DNA of 64,000 nucleotides from contig OX597834.1 of NCBI GenBank assembly GCA_951406725.2, forward strand, positions 34,906,001 to 34,970,000. Reading direction: 5' to 3'. The translations under genes and the position numbers were made by a program. The notes beneath the pieces are model-generated. The model saw only the letters and a program-made list of their open reading frames with translations. It ran no database searches and was not told where the DNA came from. Origin of the DNA: Octopus vulgaris (Eukaryota). Shown here one piece after another: positions 11,261-23,929 of this stretch (its first letter is position 1; each line of letters starts with the position of its first letter).

Positions 11261-11924
11261 AAACATCAGCATGGAACATGGACATTAAATAACAATGATA
11301 TATCTATACAATGTTTTCCATTGTAGCGTTCCATTTTTCTTTAAGACAATGGGTTGTAATTTAAAGGGAGACTTAGCTGTTGTTTCTAGCAGATGGAATA
11401 ACAACATGAAAAGTTCATAAAATGAAATTATTGTATGCGGTGTTAAGTGATCAAAGATCAAATATGTAATCCATAGATTATAGAAAATCTGATTTGTCTT
11501 TTGAAGTTTATGCAGGAAGCAGGATTTTGGTAGCGGAAAAAAAAAAAGAAAAACCAGAAAAGACAGCACTCAAACACACAGAGACCAAAGTCTTTGGTTA
11601 AAGTTAACTGACAGAGCAGGAATAACCAGTTTATATTATTTGAATAAACTTAGAGAGTTAAGCAAATGGAATAATAAAGTTACTAAAAAAAAAGGAAGAT
11701 AAAATAAAATTAAAAATAAAACATTTATTCAAAATGGAAATGAAAATACGTTCTATAGACTTTACAAAATCTTCCCATAGAATCCCATGAATTAAATCAT
11801 TTCTATTATTAGAATATTCTAAACATTTTGAACATAGAGATGTATACTTATGTAGAATTAGTCTTGTTAGCTTACAAATCTTTATTGAAGAATTTAATAT
11901 CTTACAAAGCATAATATCTTTTAT

Positions 11925-11991
11925 CTTTTATTTGTTTCAGCCATTAGACCTCGGCCATGCTGGAGCACTGGAAGAAACTGGAAGAAGCCTG

Positions 11992-12039
<48 letters not shown>

Positions 12040-12260
12040 ATGTGTGTATATTTTTGTGTGTCTGTGATTGTCCCTCCACCATCGCTTGACAACCGATGTT
12101 GGTGTGTTTATGTTCCTGTAACTTAGCAGTTCGGTAAAAGAGACCGATAGAGTAAGTACTAGGCTTACAAAGAATAAGTCCTGGGGTCAATGTCTTTGAC
12201 TAAAAGGCAAGGCTTCAGCATGGCCACAGTCAAATGACTGAAATGAATAAAAGAACAAAA
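11925..12260 (+). mobile_element. SINE family A 3' half preceded by an inverted copy of its own tail
   Basis: 11925-11970 is the minus-strand tail; 11971-12260 is the plus-strand body ending cagcatggccacagtcaaatgactgaa. Confidence 0.75.
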
Positions 12261-12364
12261 GAATCTCAAAATATAACAATATTAAATAAATTCATTCCAA
12301 CTTAACTATTGATTTTTCTTACAGAGGGCACTTCTACATTATTAACCTAAGTAATTTGATGTCA

Positions 12365-12542
12365 AATTTTGGCTCAAGGTCAACAGTTTCAGGGAAGTTG
12401 ATTACATTGACCCAAGTGTTCAACTGATACTTACTTTATCTGCCCTGAAAGGATGAATGGCAAAGCTGACTTTGGCAGAATTTGAACTCAGAACGTAAAG
12501 ATGCAAGAAATGCCACTAATGATTCTGCCAGCTCGCCACCTT
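12365..12542 (-). mobile_element. SINE family B
   Basis: Central ccctgaaaggatgaatggcaaag and head ctgccagctcgccacctt. Confidence 0.8.
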
Positions 12543-12614
12543 ATTAATCTCAGAAATTTGATCTTTTTACTAAATATATTAATTTTCCACGTCTAATACT
12601 TAGAGACTTTATCA

Positions 12615-13066
12615 CTACTTTAGCATGCATAATACTTTGCAGATGAAGCTTGATAAGACTGAAACAAGTGCATAATTGTCTCCCTTGTTTGTTGAAATGA
12701 TGAAAATAATTCTAGCCAGTGAGCTAATGCATCTTCTTCCTTCATCTTTGTGCTTGTGGTTTAAATTAGATTTTTGAGGATCAATATATTAAAAAAAAAA
12801 GTAATTTGACACCACCACCCCACTAAATATGGTCCATTTCTGCAATATTCCTGAATGATTCTATCATCACTTCTCTAGCAAGTACAATGAAATGTATGCA
12901 TTACTGATGAGGTTTGACAATACCAGAACATGTGCATAGTTATCTCCCTTAACTACCAAAATGATTAAAATAATACTAGCCATTGAGTTGGTGCTATCTT
13001 TTCCCCTTTTCTTTGCATTCATGTTATTAATTAGATTTAGGACGATCAGTATATTAAAAAAAAATC
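12615..13066 (+). repeat. diverged ~264-bp tandem repeat, each unit carrying a hammerhead-like motif
   Basis: Unit 1 has CAGATGA-agcttgataagact-GAAACAAGT at 12640; unit 2 has CTGATGA-ggtttgacaatacc-AGAACATGT at 12904. Both are followed by gcata.tt.tctccctt, aaatga..aaaataat.ctagcca and gatca.tatattaaaaaaaaa. Confidence 0.6.
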
Positions 13067-13544
13067 ATGTCCAACAAAATAATTATGTTTGTTTCTTATT
13101 AAATTAGGTTAATTGTTATGTACTGTTAGTGATGGTAATAACCAGAAGCAAAATATATTTCTCAGCTTTTGGCAAGAGAAACAAAATATAGAAATTAATA
13201 AATAAGTAAACGAAAATAATCTATAAAACAAATTTGTAAAGATGTTCTGTTCTGTTCCATTAATTGGAATTGTGTGAGAGTGATTTCTGTGATGTTGCAG
13301 TGTTCCAAGAGAAACGAAAAGAAAATAGCCATCGTTGATTATACGGAGTGTCATGTGACCAAAATAACACCCAAAACAGTTCATGGACAGACACACAAAG
13401 ATACGCATGGACAAAGACTCACAGACCCACATACAAAAGACGCATACAGATACACACAAGCAGACATATACACATACATACAGGCACACACAGATACACA
13501 CACATAGGGACACACACAGAGATCAGTAGCATCACCAGGAGGGG

Positions 13545-13808
13545 AGGGGGTCAGTGAAGTGGGGGTGCCAGTGAAGGAGGGGGGTCAGCAAAGTGGGGGT
13601 GCCAGTGAAGGAGGGGCGTCAGCGAAGTGGGGGTGCCAGTGAAAGAGGGGGGTCAGCGAAGTGGGGGTGCCAGTGAAGGAGGGGGTGCCATGAAGGAGGG
13701 GGGTCAGCGAAGTGGGGATGCCTGTGAAGGAGGAGGGTCAGCGAAGTGGGGGTGCCATGGAGGAGGAGGGGGTGGTCAGCGAAATGGGGGTGCCAGTGAA
13801 GGAGGGAC
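13545..13808. repeat. G-rich ~33-bp minisatellite
   Basis: Unit gggggtcagcgaagtgggggtgccagtgaagga, about 7 variant copies. Confidence 0.9.
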
Positions 13809-13964
13809 CACCCAAAGCAAACACTTTTATAGAGGTGGCACTTTTGGACTTGCTGCATAAGCTTGTATAGATTTAGGGGCTTTCGTGGGGTGGCACACAC
13901 TCTAGCTATGCCAGTGACAGAGATAATACACAGAGAGACACACAGATTTGCTCTTGAAACTGAT

Positions 13965-14195
13965 GTGGCTGAGGACACCACAGACACGTGTACTCTCAAT
14001 GATGTTCTCAGGGAGATTCAGCATGGCACAGAATGTGACAAGGCTGACCTCTTTGAATTACTGGTACAATTCATTTTTGCCAGCTGAGTGGACTGGAGCA
14101 AAGTGAAATAAAGTGTCTCACTCAAGGGCATGCATCACCGGGAATTGAACTTACGACCTTATAATCATAAGCCAGACACCTTAATCATAAAGCCG
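13965..14195 (-). mobile_element. tRNA/CORE-like SINE family E
   Basis: Homologous to 62675-62982; ctgagtggactggagc...aataaagtgtc. Confidence 0.8.
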
Positions 14196-14202
14196 TGTAT
14201 CT

Positions 14203-14475
14203 TCACACACACATGTACACATAGAGACTCACACACACACACACGTACATACAGAAACTCACACACACACACACACACACATACATACTGAGACACACAC
14301 ATGCACATGTAAATACAGAGACTCACACACACACGTACATACTGAGACACACATGTACATACAGAGACTCACACACACATGTACATACTGAGACACACAT
14401 GTACATACAGAGACTCACACACACACGTACATACTGAGACACACATGTACATACAGAGACTCACACACCTATACA
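14203..14475. repeat. compound CA-based minisatellite (~48-bp higher-order unit)
   Basis: Alternating gtacatacagagactcacacac and gtacatactgagacacac blocks. Confidence 0.8.
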
Positions 14476-14611
14476 CATATCAAATCATGAGAGCATTGAA
14501 CGAAATGACTTGATGAATGGATAATGGATCTTCACATCTTGAGTTCAAATCTTACTGAGATCAACTCTGCATTTCATCCTTTCGTGTCAATTTATGTCCC
14601 AAACATCATCA

Positions 14612-14870
14612 TTGTTTAATGTCCATTTTCCATGCTAGCATGGGTTGGACGGTTCGACCGGGGTCTGGGAAGCCAGGAGGCTGCACCAGGCTCCAGTCTG
14701 ATCTGGCAGTGTTTCTACAGCTGGATGCCCTTCCTAATGCCAACCACTCCATGAGTGTAGTGGGTGCTTTTTATGTGCCACTGGCACAGGGGCCAGACGA
14801 GGCTGGCAAAAAGGCCACGATCGGTTGGTGCTTTTACGTGTCACCGAAACGGATGCCAGTCAGGCGGCAT
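14612..14870 (-). mobile_element. family C (RTE-like 3' UTR)
   Basis: Close match to 8918-9130 with fewer internal repeat units. Confidence 0.85.
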
Positions 14871-14872
14871 AC

Positions 14873-15244
14873 TATGTTGCTAAATTCTTCATTATTTTTC
14901 AAAATTTATTGAAAGAAGTGTAGAGTATTTAAACAGAAATAGAACAACAAAAGCGTTGAAGAGATCCGAATTAAAAAAACTCTCCAATAAAATTTCCTGT
15001 TAATATATGTTCCAGACACCAGACTGATATTGAACCACTTTAGACCAAGCCTGGTTCTGTGATAGAAATGTCTTGTTTTAAAGTGTTCTAAATTAAAATC
15101 TTCCACCAAAATTTCTTGGTAGTTAATGTTCCAAACACCAGCTTAATAACAACAACCTTATTTTACTAAATTCTTTGTTATTTTCAAAATTAGCGAAACC
15201 AAAGGCAAGGTGGTTTAACAGAAATATAGTAACAAAAGAATTAA
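14873..15244. mobile_element. type H piggyBac-like MITE pieces (partly duplicated)
   Basis: aattaaaatcttccaccaaa and actaaattctt..ttattttcaaaatt motifs shared with 33461-33684. Confidence 0.6.
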
Positions 15245-15379
15245 AGAAATCTATCCAAGCATGATGTAGAATCTACTGACTGAGACCTGCCCAATAATAA
15301 AAGCACAGTGAAGACTATTTAGATCAAAACTTCTATTTTCTTTTTATTCTTATACATTCGAGAACCTTTTGATATTCTA

Positions 15380-15660
15380 TTTGAGAATGAATTCAGCGGT
15401 GATACATGAGGGTTAAGGTGAGGTGAAGCATAGACAGCAAAAGTGTGGGAAGATTACACGAAGAAAGATTGAATTATTAATTAAAACCGAAACTGTTAAA
15501 TTAGACACAGATATTGACATAAGAGAATTAGAACATAACCAGTCATACAAATAATTTGAAGAAGATGTAAATGCCAAGCGACAACAGGTTGATAAGAAAG
15601 GAATACCACAGAAGTGTCAGACTGTTATATAAAAGAAAAACTGAACTCAGTAAAAGAGAC
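15380..15660 (+). mobile_element. decayed R4/Dong-type LINE internal fragment
   Basis: Translation EFSGD...VKLDTDIDIRELEHNQSYK*...IRKEYHRSVRL..KLNS resembles the region downstream of the RT in RLE-type LINEs. Confidence 0.55.
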
Positions 15661-15694
15661 ATTAATTATCATTATTATAATTAAATACTGGAAA

Positions 15695-16012
15695 GGTGCA
15701 TGGCTCAGTGGTTAGAGTGTCAAGCTTATGATCGTGAGGTTGTGAGTTTAAATTCCGGACCAGGTTACGTGTTGTGTTCTTGAGCAAGACACTTTATTTC
15801 GCATTGCTATAGTTAACTCAGCTGTAGAAATGAGTTGCAACGTCACTGGTGCCAAGCTGTATCGGCCCCTTTGCCTTTCCCTTGGATAACATCAGTGGTG
15901 TGGAGAGAGGAGGCTGGTATGCCTTCCATAAACAACCTTGCCCAGACTTGTGCCTCGGAGAGTAACTTTCTAGGTGCAATCCCTTGGTTATTCATGACCG
16001 AAGGGTGTCTCC
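15695..16012 (+). mobile_element. tRNA/CORE-like SINE family D
   Basis: A box tggctcagtgg, B-box-like gagtttaaattcc, CORE-like gttcttgagcaagacacttt; homologous to the copies at 27223 and 52702. Confidence 0.85.
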
Positions 16013-16533
16013 TCAATTAAATACACCAGTGACCTCTGTTATAGACTACATAGTTTATGATCTAAAGAGGGAGTTCCTATATGGTCGCTTGACTTTCAAA
16101 AGACAGTAGCCAAATCTCCCTCATATTACATTGCCTTACTGTCTTAAACAAGGAAATGATATATTGAATTGAAATATGCATACATGAATATACATGCATA
16201 CACAAATGCATACTACTTATATGTGTGTGTGTGTGTGTGTAGTGTTGGGTTCAGTTCCTTGTAGAGACTTGTGGCCACTTTTTTCCCAACTTCTAAAGGG
16301 TATTTATCCGATTCTCTTAATTGTCCTCACAGTCTTCCTGTGTTTGAGAATTCCTTTATTTTCTGTAGATTACACATGCAGCACTCATAAGTTTGTTTAA
16401 TATATATATATATACTAAGTAATTAAGGTTTCAGCAACGATTTGCCTCACCACATACCGAATTTAGAAATAAAAGTCAAAAAGTTTTGGCTATTCTTTCT
16501 ACTTAAAAGGGAGATCCCAGTAAAACCAAAGCA

Positions 16534-16580
<47 letters not shown>

Positions 16581-17171
16581 CTGGGTGTCTTGTATGCAGG
16601 AACAAGTTGAGATGGTCATTGTTGGAATGCCTTTGATTATAGGTCTGTTCAATTGGAGCTAACCACGTGGGAGTGGGGGCTAAACCAACCATCAGCACTG
16701 CTAATACTACCACTACCACCACATCAAACACTATACCCCAACAATAACAACAGCTACCACCACATCCACCACCACCACAACTATAATTACATGTTGACAA
16801 TCCCATGAAATGCTACCAGTAGTACTTTTACTAAGAAAGTCAACCTTATAATCACCATCATCATCATCTTTATTCTCATCACCACTACTCTGATGATGAT
16901 GATGATGATGGCAGAGGTGACCAGTTCACCAATTCATCAGTTTATCTCTTGCATCAGTTCCTAAACTTTATCTCTTTAATCTCAGCATCAACTGACCTTT
17001 ACCAAGGATGACACAACAACCAAGATGGAACGTTCTGGAATTTCATAACTACACTAAAATGTTAAACTTAATTACTCGGGGTAAAGACTAAACCATAACA
17101 AGAAAAACAGCAACAACAATAATAGCAATAATAATGGTCATAATAGGAAGTAAGTAGTAGTAGTAGTAGTA

Positions 17172-17220
<49 letters not shown>

Positions 17221-17279
17221 TGATGATAATGATAATAATAATAATAATAACAACAATAATAATAGAATACTAATAATAA

Positions 17280-17481
17280 TCCTTTCTACTAAAGGCACAA
17301 GGCCTGAAATTTTGGAGGAGAGGGTTAAGTCAATTACATCAAGCCCAGTGTATAACTGGTACTTATTTCATTGACCCTGAAAGAATAAAATGCAAAACTG
17401 ACCTCGGTGGAATTAGAACTCAGAATGAAATGCTGCTAAGCATTTTGTCCAACGTGCTAATGATTCTGCCAGCTCACCACC

Positions 17482-17531
<50 letters not shown>

Positions 17532-17675
17532 CCTTTCTACAATAGGCACAAGGCCTGAAATTTTGAGGAGGGCGTCGTCACATCGATCCCCAGTGTTTAA
17601 CTGGTACTTAATTTATTGACCCTGAAAGGATGAAAGGCAAAGTCAACCTCAGTGGAATTTGAACTCAGAACGTAA
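17280..17675 (-). mobile_element. two tandem SINE family B copies embedded in (TAA)n
   Basis: Each starts tcctttctac...ggcacaaggcctgaaatttt and they are separated by (taa)n. Confidence 0.85.
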
Positions 17676-17729
17676 AGTGGACGTTAAACAATGATGATTT
17701 TTCTGATTCAGGCACAAAGCCATGAGTTT

Positions 17730-18090
17730 TTGGGCCTCACAGGGAGGATAACAAGGGAGCGAGACTTCTGCCAGTTTGCTTTGCTGTGTTTGAGAAGATA
17801 CATCAAGCTAAGTGAAATCATAGTTGTCCTTGAATACAGGTGTGTACCCTTAGGTGAGTGCTTCTAACCTTGCAGGCTTACAGGCCCAGTGCCACATGAA
17901 AAGAGTCCATGCCAGTGCACATGATGCATAGAAGCACCTGATACACTCTGTAAAGTGGTTGGTGACAGGAAGAGCATCCAGTTGTGGAAACCATCGTAGA
18001 AACAGACACGGAGCCCAAGCGGCTCTTCAGCTGGTCAGCTCCTGTCAAACTGTCCAACCCCATGCCAGCATGGAAAATGAACGTTTGATG
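17730..18090 (+). mobile_element. RTE-like LINE ORF end plus family C 3' UTR
   Basis: GLTGRITRERD...AVFEKIHQAK* followed by the family C core and a (tga)n tail; links family C to a LINE ORF. Confidence 0.7.
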
Positions 18091-18824
18091 ATGATGATGA
18101 TAATGATGGTGGTGGTGGTGGTGGTGGTGGTGTTAGTTGATGACACCAACCCAAGTAGTTGACTGGGACATATTTTATCAATACAGGAGGAATTAAATGT
18201 AGAGGCAACCTTTGTGAGACTTGAACTCAGAATGTAAAAATCAGGAGGAAAGACTGCAATTTTAGGGAGCAAAGGGAAGGATTGGGGGATTATATCAACC
18301 TCAGTACTCAACCGGTACTTTATTTGATTCTCTTCAGACGGATGGGAAGTTGAATTTGATCACGACAAAATTTGAGCCCGGAATATGGAACAAAAAACAA
18401 AAACAAGAACAAGAACAAAAGCTAAAAAAAAAATACAGCAAAGCATTTCATCCAACTTTCTAACCCACAACCATGATGATGATGACGACGATGGATGATG
18501 ATGATGATGATGATGGTTGATAATGATGATGACGATGGTGGTGATGGTCATAGTGGTGGTGAATAAAGTGCAAATTTAGCTGACAAACAACTCCACAACC
18601 CCCCCCCCATACACACACATATACACATACACAGAGATGTATGCAGACGCATAGACTCACAATTGTACACATATTCACACACACACAGATGGAACATTCT
18701 AGAATTTCATAATTTCATAAATAGACTAAAATGTTAAAAATGATTGCATAACAAGAAACAGAATAAATTTAATAGACAGGCAAACAGCCACACACACATA
18801 AGCACATACACATACATATATACA

Positions 18825-18863
<39 letters not shown>

Positions 18864-18924
18864 GCATACATATACATGGATGCGGATAAACATACAGGAA
18901 TGTGTCCTAACAGACACACACATC

Positions 18925-19500
18925 TGTTACTTGTTTCAGTCATTAGACTGTGGCCATGCTGGGGCAGTGTCTCGAATAATTTTTAGTCAAACGAATCAAA
19001 CCAATACTTATTTTTTTTAAAGCCAGGTACTTATTCTTTCAGTCTCTTTTGCCAAACTAAGTTATGGGGACATAAACACACCAACACCAGTTGTCAAGCA
19101 GTGATGGAACACACACACACATACACACATATATTTCTTTATTACCCACAAGAGGCTAAACACAGAGGGGACAAACAAGGACAGGCATAGGTATTAAGTC
19201 GATTACATCGAACCCAGTACGTAACTGGTACTTAATTTATCGACCCCGAAAGGATAAAAAGCAAAGTCAACCTCGGCGGAATTTGAACTCACAACGTAAT
19301 GGCAGACGAAATACCGCTAAGCATTTTGCCCGGCGTGCTAACGTTTCTGCCAGCTCGCCGCACACATAATGGGCTTCTTTCAGTTTCTGTCCACCAAATC
19401 CGCTCATAAGGTTTCGGTCGGCCCAAAACTATAGTAAAAGACACTTGCCCAAGATGCCATGCAGTGGGACTGAACCTGGAACCATGTGGTTGGGAAGCAA
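18925..19500 (-). mobile_element. SINE family A interrupted by a family B SINE
   Basis: Tail half at 18925-19130, head half at 19365-19500. Confidence 0.85.
19133..19360 (-). mobile_element. SINE family B, near full length
   Basis: Near-identical to 23020-23255, 45710-45943 and 60847-61079. Confidence 0.9.
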
Positions 19501-20154
19501 CAACAACAACAATGAGTGGCCATAATGAGGTGTGAGAGATGGGTCATAGTGAGGTGGGTGATACTGGACAACAACAGTAGTAATAACAGCTGACCTTACT
19601 GAGGTGTGTGTGTGTCTGTATGTGATGCTGGACAATAAAAGCAATAACAAGAATGTCTAACTATACTGAAGTAGGAAGGGGTGCAGTAGTAAACAACACT
19701 GGAGTGGGGGCGGGTGGGGGTGATAGTGAACCACAGCAACAACAAATATAAAACGCATTATTTTATTCTTTTACTATTTTCAGCTGAAGTGTTGTGGCCA
19801 TGCTGGGGCATTGCCATTCAACAAAAACAAAAAAAGAAGAAAAATAGAAATATTTTTATTTCTCTGTAATTCAATCAATAAAAGTTATGAAAGATCTCTT
19901 TGAAAATCAATCAATACTGTAACACTTCTACCACCACCCCTAATCTCCCTTCCCCCACCTCTCTCTCTCTCTCATTTTGTTTTTTGTGCATAATAGACAG
20001 TACTCCAGCCTGGTCTTGGCCAAGATGGCTAATACTAGCTAAAAAAAAACAATGACGAGTAGAATGTGTAGTACAAACCATTTATGGAAAAATTATGAAT
20101 GGAAATAACCAGTTTGGTTTAAAAAAACTGGTTATGAAAGCCCTTTAAAAGAGA

Positions 20155-20436
20155 ATGATGGTGATGGTGGTGATGGTGGCGGTGGTGGTGATGGTGGTGA
20201 TGGTGGTGGTTGTGATGGTGATGTGGTGGTGGTGATGGTGGTGGTGGCGATGGTGGTGGTTGTGATGGTGGTGGTGGTGGTGGTGGTGGTGGTGGTGGCG
20301 GTGGTGATGATGGTGGTGATGGTGGCGGTGGTGATGGTGGCGGTAGTGGTGATGGTGGTGATGGTGGTGATGGTGATGGTGGTGGTGGTGGTGGTGATGG
20401 TGGTGGTGGTGGTGATGGTGATGGTGGTGATGGTTG
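20155..20436. repeat. (GGT/GAT)n trinucleotide repeat
   Basis: Direct observation; explains the poly-His, poly-Pro and poly-Val ORFs. Confidence 0.95.
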
Positions 20437-20811
20437 TTGATGCTCAAGATCAACAAACAACAACAACAACAGTTATAGTTCTAACAATGCTAATAATGGC
20501 ATTTGGAAAGCAGAACCGTTTCTAAAGAGATTCAAGCTATAATATCAATTACGTTAGTATTAATTATTAACAGATATTAATTATATTAATTTTCAGACAC
20601 TTCAATCATGATAGGGCAATTTTACTCATTTAATATTCATGTTTCTTTTTTGTAATCTAATAACTCCCTCTGATGGGAAGCAGGGAGATGAATTGGATGC
20701 TGGATTTTTTTCAGGTGCTGGTGTGGCAATGCACCAATTCTGGCAATTGATCTTCAGAAGAGAAGAGGCTGGTGAAAAAGCGCCAAACCTGTTGTCTTCA
20801 GTTTGGTTTTC

Positions 20812-20975
20812 ATGCACAGGATTGGCGGTGTGGTAAGAAGCTTGCTTTCCAATCACATGGTCTTTAGTTCAGTCCCACTAAGTAGCACCTTGGGCAAGTG
20901 TCTTCTACATTGGTTTTGGGTTGACTAAAGCCTTATGAGCGGATTTGGTAAATGGAAACTGAACGAAGCCTGTCA
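20812..20975 (+). mobile_element. SINE family A 5' half
   Basis: tggcggtgtggtaagaagcttgct...caccttgggcaagtgtcttctac. Confidence 0.85.
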
Positions 20976-21027
20976 TATATACACACACACAGGATGATGA
21001 CAATGATGATGGTGATGATGATGAAAT

Positions 21028-21320
21028 AGGGTTTCTTTGAAGGGTGTCTGGTATGATGTTACTCAACAGGGAGATCAGGGAGTCTCTCTAAGCTGAGACA
21101 CCACTTCTCTGCAATGAGAGGTCACAGTTCCAGTTCTTTGGACATGTGATTAGAATGTCACAGGAAAGGATTACAAAATAGATTCTACAAGTTAAGCCAA
21201 CAGGTAGGAGACTTATGGGGTAGACCACGAGCGATAATATCAGATAATATCTGGATATTATCTAATTATTGTCAGATAATATCCAGAGACTCAGTTTGTC
21301 ATACTTAAGAATTCAGCAGA
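21028..21320 (+). mobile_element. RTE-clade LINE C-terminal relic
   Basis: GFL*RVSG...ERSQFQFFGHVIRMSQERITK*ILQVKPTGRR; paralogous to 43030-43480. Confidence 0.8.
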
Positions 21321-21349
21321 GAAGATTAACCCTTTGGCATTCACATTAT

Positions 21350-21485
21350 TCTTATTTCTTTACTGCCCACAAGGGGCTACACACAGATGGGACAAACAAG
21401 GACAGACAAATGGATTAAGTCGATTACATCAACCCCAGTGCATAACTGGTACTTATTTAATTGACCCTGAAAGGATGAAAGGCAA
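21350..21485 (-). mobile_element. SINE family B 3' part
   Basis: Tail tttctttactgcccacaaggggcta...ggacaaacaagg. Confidence 0.85.
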
Positions 21486-21915
21486 ATGCTTCATGTTGGA
21501 GATAATGATGGAATGTGACATGCAATGAAATGCAACATGTAATGAAATGCTGTACCTGAAAAAGACCCATCCAATCCATGCAAGCATGGAAAAACTGGAA
21601 ACAAAATGATGATGATGATGATGGTGTTGGTGGTGATGATGTTTAATTGATTGATTACATATAAACACAATATCAAACTTGTGGGAAGAGTATATTTGGA
21701 TTATATCAACTCTTTGTACTTCACTGGTATGTTGTTTTTTTTTTTGCTTTTTTTCTTTTATATTTTATCAATCAGAATATTAACAGGATATTAAATACCA
21801 CATACGTATGAATATTTATAGGATAGCAGTATTGATCTGTCATAAAGTTAATTATTTGATATGAAGCTAATGTACGATTAAATGATAAGAGTTGGAGAAA
21901 TGAAGACTAATAAAA

Positions 21916-21953
<38 letters not shown>

Positions 21954-22284
21954 ATGTATACATATATATAATCACATGATCATGATGGTCATCTGTCGGA
22001 GTGATGAAGACCATCTTGTCATGTTGAAAGTGAAGAAAAGTTGTGTGCTGTCAACCTCATTATCTCATCTGTGACCATTTTCAATCCAATAACAAGACCA
22101 GGTCAAGGTGACTTGGGATGGAGACAGATGCAGCGGACGACCAAGATGTCTTGTCTCACTCGCCTCGATTTGCTCTCTGCATCCCACAATGCATTTCGCC
22201 CCGGATGCTAACGATTCTCCCAGCTTAATGCCTTAATGATAATTATAATGCTATAAATAATATCAACAACAGTAATGACAACAA

Positions 22285-22730
22285 TGGTTTCAAAGTTTGG
22301 CACAAGGCCAGCAAGTTCTGAGGAGGGAGTAAGTCAATTACGCTGACCCCAGTGTTCAACTGGTACTTATTTTATTAACCCTGAAAGAATGAAAGGCAAA
22401 GCCGACCTTGGTGGAATTTGAACTCAGAATGTAGACATGGATAAAATGCCGCTAAGCATTTTACCTGGTGTGCTAATGATTCTGCCAGATTGCTATCTTA
22501 ATAACAATCCTTTCTACTAAAGACACAAGGTCTGAAATTTTGGCACAAGGCCCCAATTTTTGAGGGAGCGGGGTAAGTCGATTAAATCGATCCCAGTACA
22601 CAACTGGTACTTAATTCATTGACTCCGAAATGATGAAAGGTAAAGTCAACCTCAGCAGAATTTGAACTCAGAATGTAAAGACAGCTGAAATGCTACCAAG
22701 CATCTTGCCTGGCATGCTAACGACTTTGCC
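22285..22730 (-). mobile_element. two tandem SINE family B copies
   Basis: Repeated ggcacaaggcc...ctggtactta...gaaaggcaaag...gaactcagaa. Confidence 0.85.
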
Positions 22731-22744
22731 TTAATAATAATTAT

Positions 22745-23905
22745 GTTGATAAATTACTGCAAAGCCAATAAGAAACATGTCATGTAAAGTAGATAAGTAA
22801 ACATCATTGCAATGGATGAGAAGATCATTTGTCAAAGTTGAAACAGAAGCCTAAATATATACATGTGCAGCACAAGAGGGATCTCTAAGAAGAAATTACA
22901 TCAAATACAACATTGACAACACTGTAGACTCTATAAGATGAAAGGAGAAACAATCAGCCATCGTCTAAGAGAATGCATAACATTGGCACAAAGGGAATAC
23001 AAAGGGAAGGCAGGCAACATTTACTTCTTTATTGCCCACAGGGGTCTAAACATAGAAGGGACAAACAAGGATACACAAAGGGATTAAATCGATTGCATCG
23101 ACTCCCCAGTATGTAACTGGTACTTATTTAATCGACCCCGAAAGGATGAAAGGCAAAGTCGACCTCGGTGGAATTTGAACTCAGAACGTGGTGGTAGATG
23201 AAATACTGCAAAGCATCTTGCCTGGCGTGCTAACATTTCTGCCAGCTCGCCGCCCTCAAAGGGCAGGGTAATATTGCCAGGGTTGTATACTGGAAATTAT
23301 GAGAGACATACACAAGCTGGACAGAAGAGGAAAATAGTGAGAAAACCAGCCTGACTCAGGGGAAGTGTCAGGTGAAGCGAGGTTAGTTTTGGAGACTGCA
23401 ACATAAAATGTGATCATGAGGTACAGGAAAGAAGACCAGATATTGTTATTATTGAGGAAGTGGAAGAAAGCCAGAACTGGATGATTAGTGTAGCATCCTT
23501 ATGTGGGGGATAACAGAGGGTGTGATAACAGGAGATAGAAAAGGGAAGGGAAAAGGCTGAGCAATATCTAAACTTGAAGAGAGAAATTTACAAGGTTTAC
23601 AAGGTGTGGGGCATGGATGAAGGTTGAAGCCATACGACTAGAGGTAAAAGGTGTCTTTGGGATGGTAACTACTTACACTAAAATAAGCAGATTGCCAAGT
23701 TTGGAACTGAGATACGTACAGAGTTTCTTCTTCAGAATGATGGTGCTATTAGGGATGGTAGTTTCAGATCCTGAAGGGAAATTCTTGAAATATAAGAAAG
23801 AAAATCTGAAAGACCCTGAAAGTCATTTGTTGTGATACACACACACACACACTTTCTCTCTTTCAACATAAAACACTAGACGTAAAGAGCAGCTGGTTGA
23901 AACAT
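22745..23905 (+). mobile_element. R4/Dong-type (RLE) LINE 3' fragment, copy 1
   Basis: WMRRSFVKVETEA..AAQEGSLRRNYIKYNID...ETISH..REC..LAQREYK...ARVVYWKL...RRPDIVI...EKAEQYLNLKREI is a decayed zinc-knuckle/RLE region; ends in (aac/aat)n. Confidence 0.8.
23020..23255 (-). mobile_element. SINE family B inserted in LINE copy 1, with a probable ~20-bp TSD
   Basis: Flanked by caaagggaaggcaggcaacatt and caaagggcagggtaatatt; absent from copy 2. Confidence 0.85.
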
Positions 23906-23929
23906 CAACAACAACAACAATAATAATAA

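Noticed and set aside
15695-15770. tRNA genes at SINE heads
   Set aside because: A and B boxes are present, but there is no intact cloverleaf and each head continues into a SINE body.
20119-20525. Poly-His, extensin-like poly-Pro and poly-Val ORFs
   Set aside because: These are translations of a (GGT/GAT)n microsatellite.
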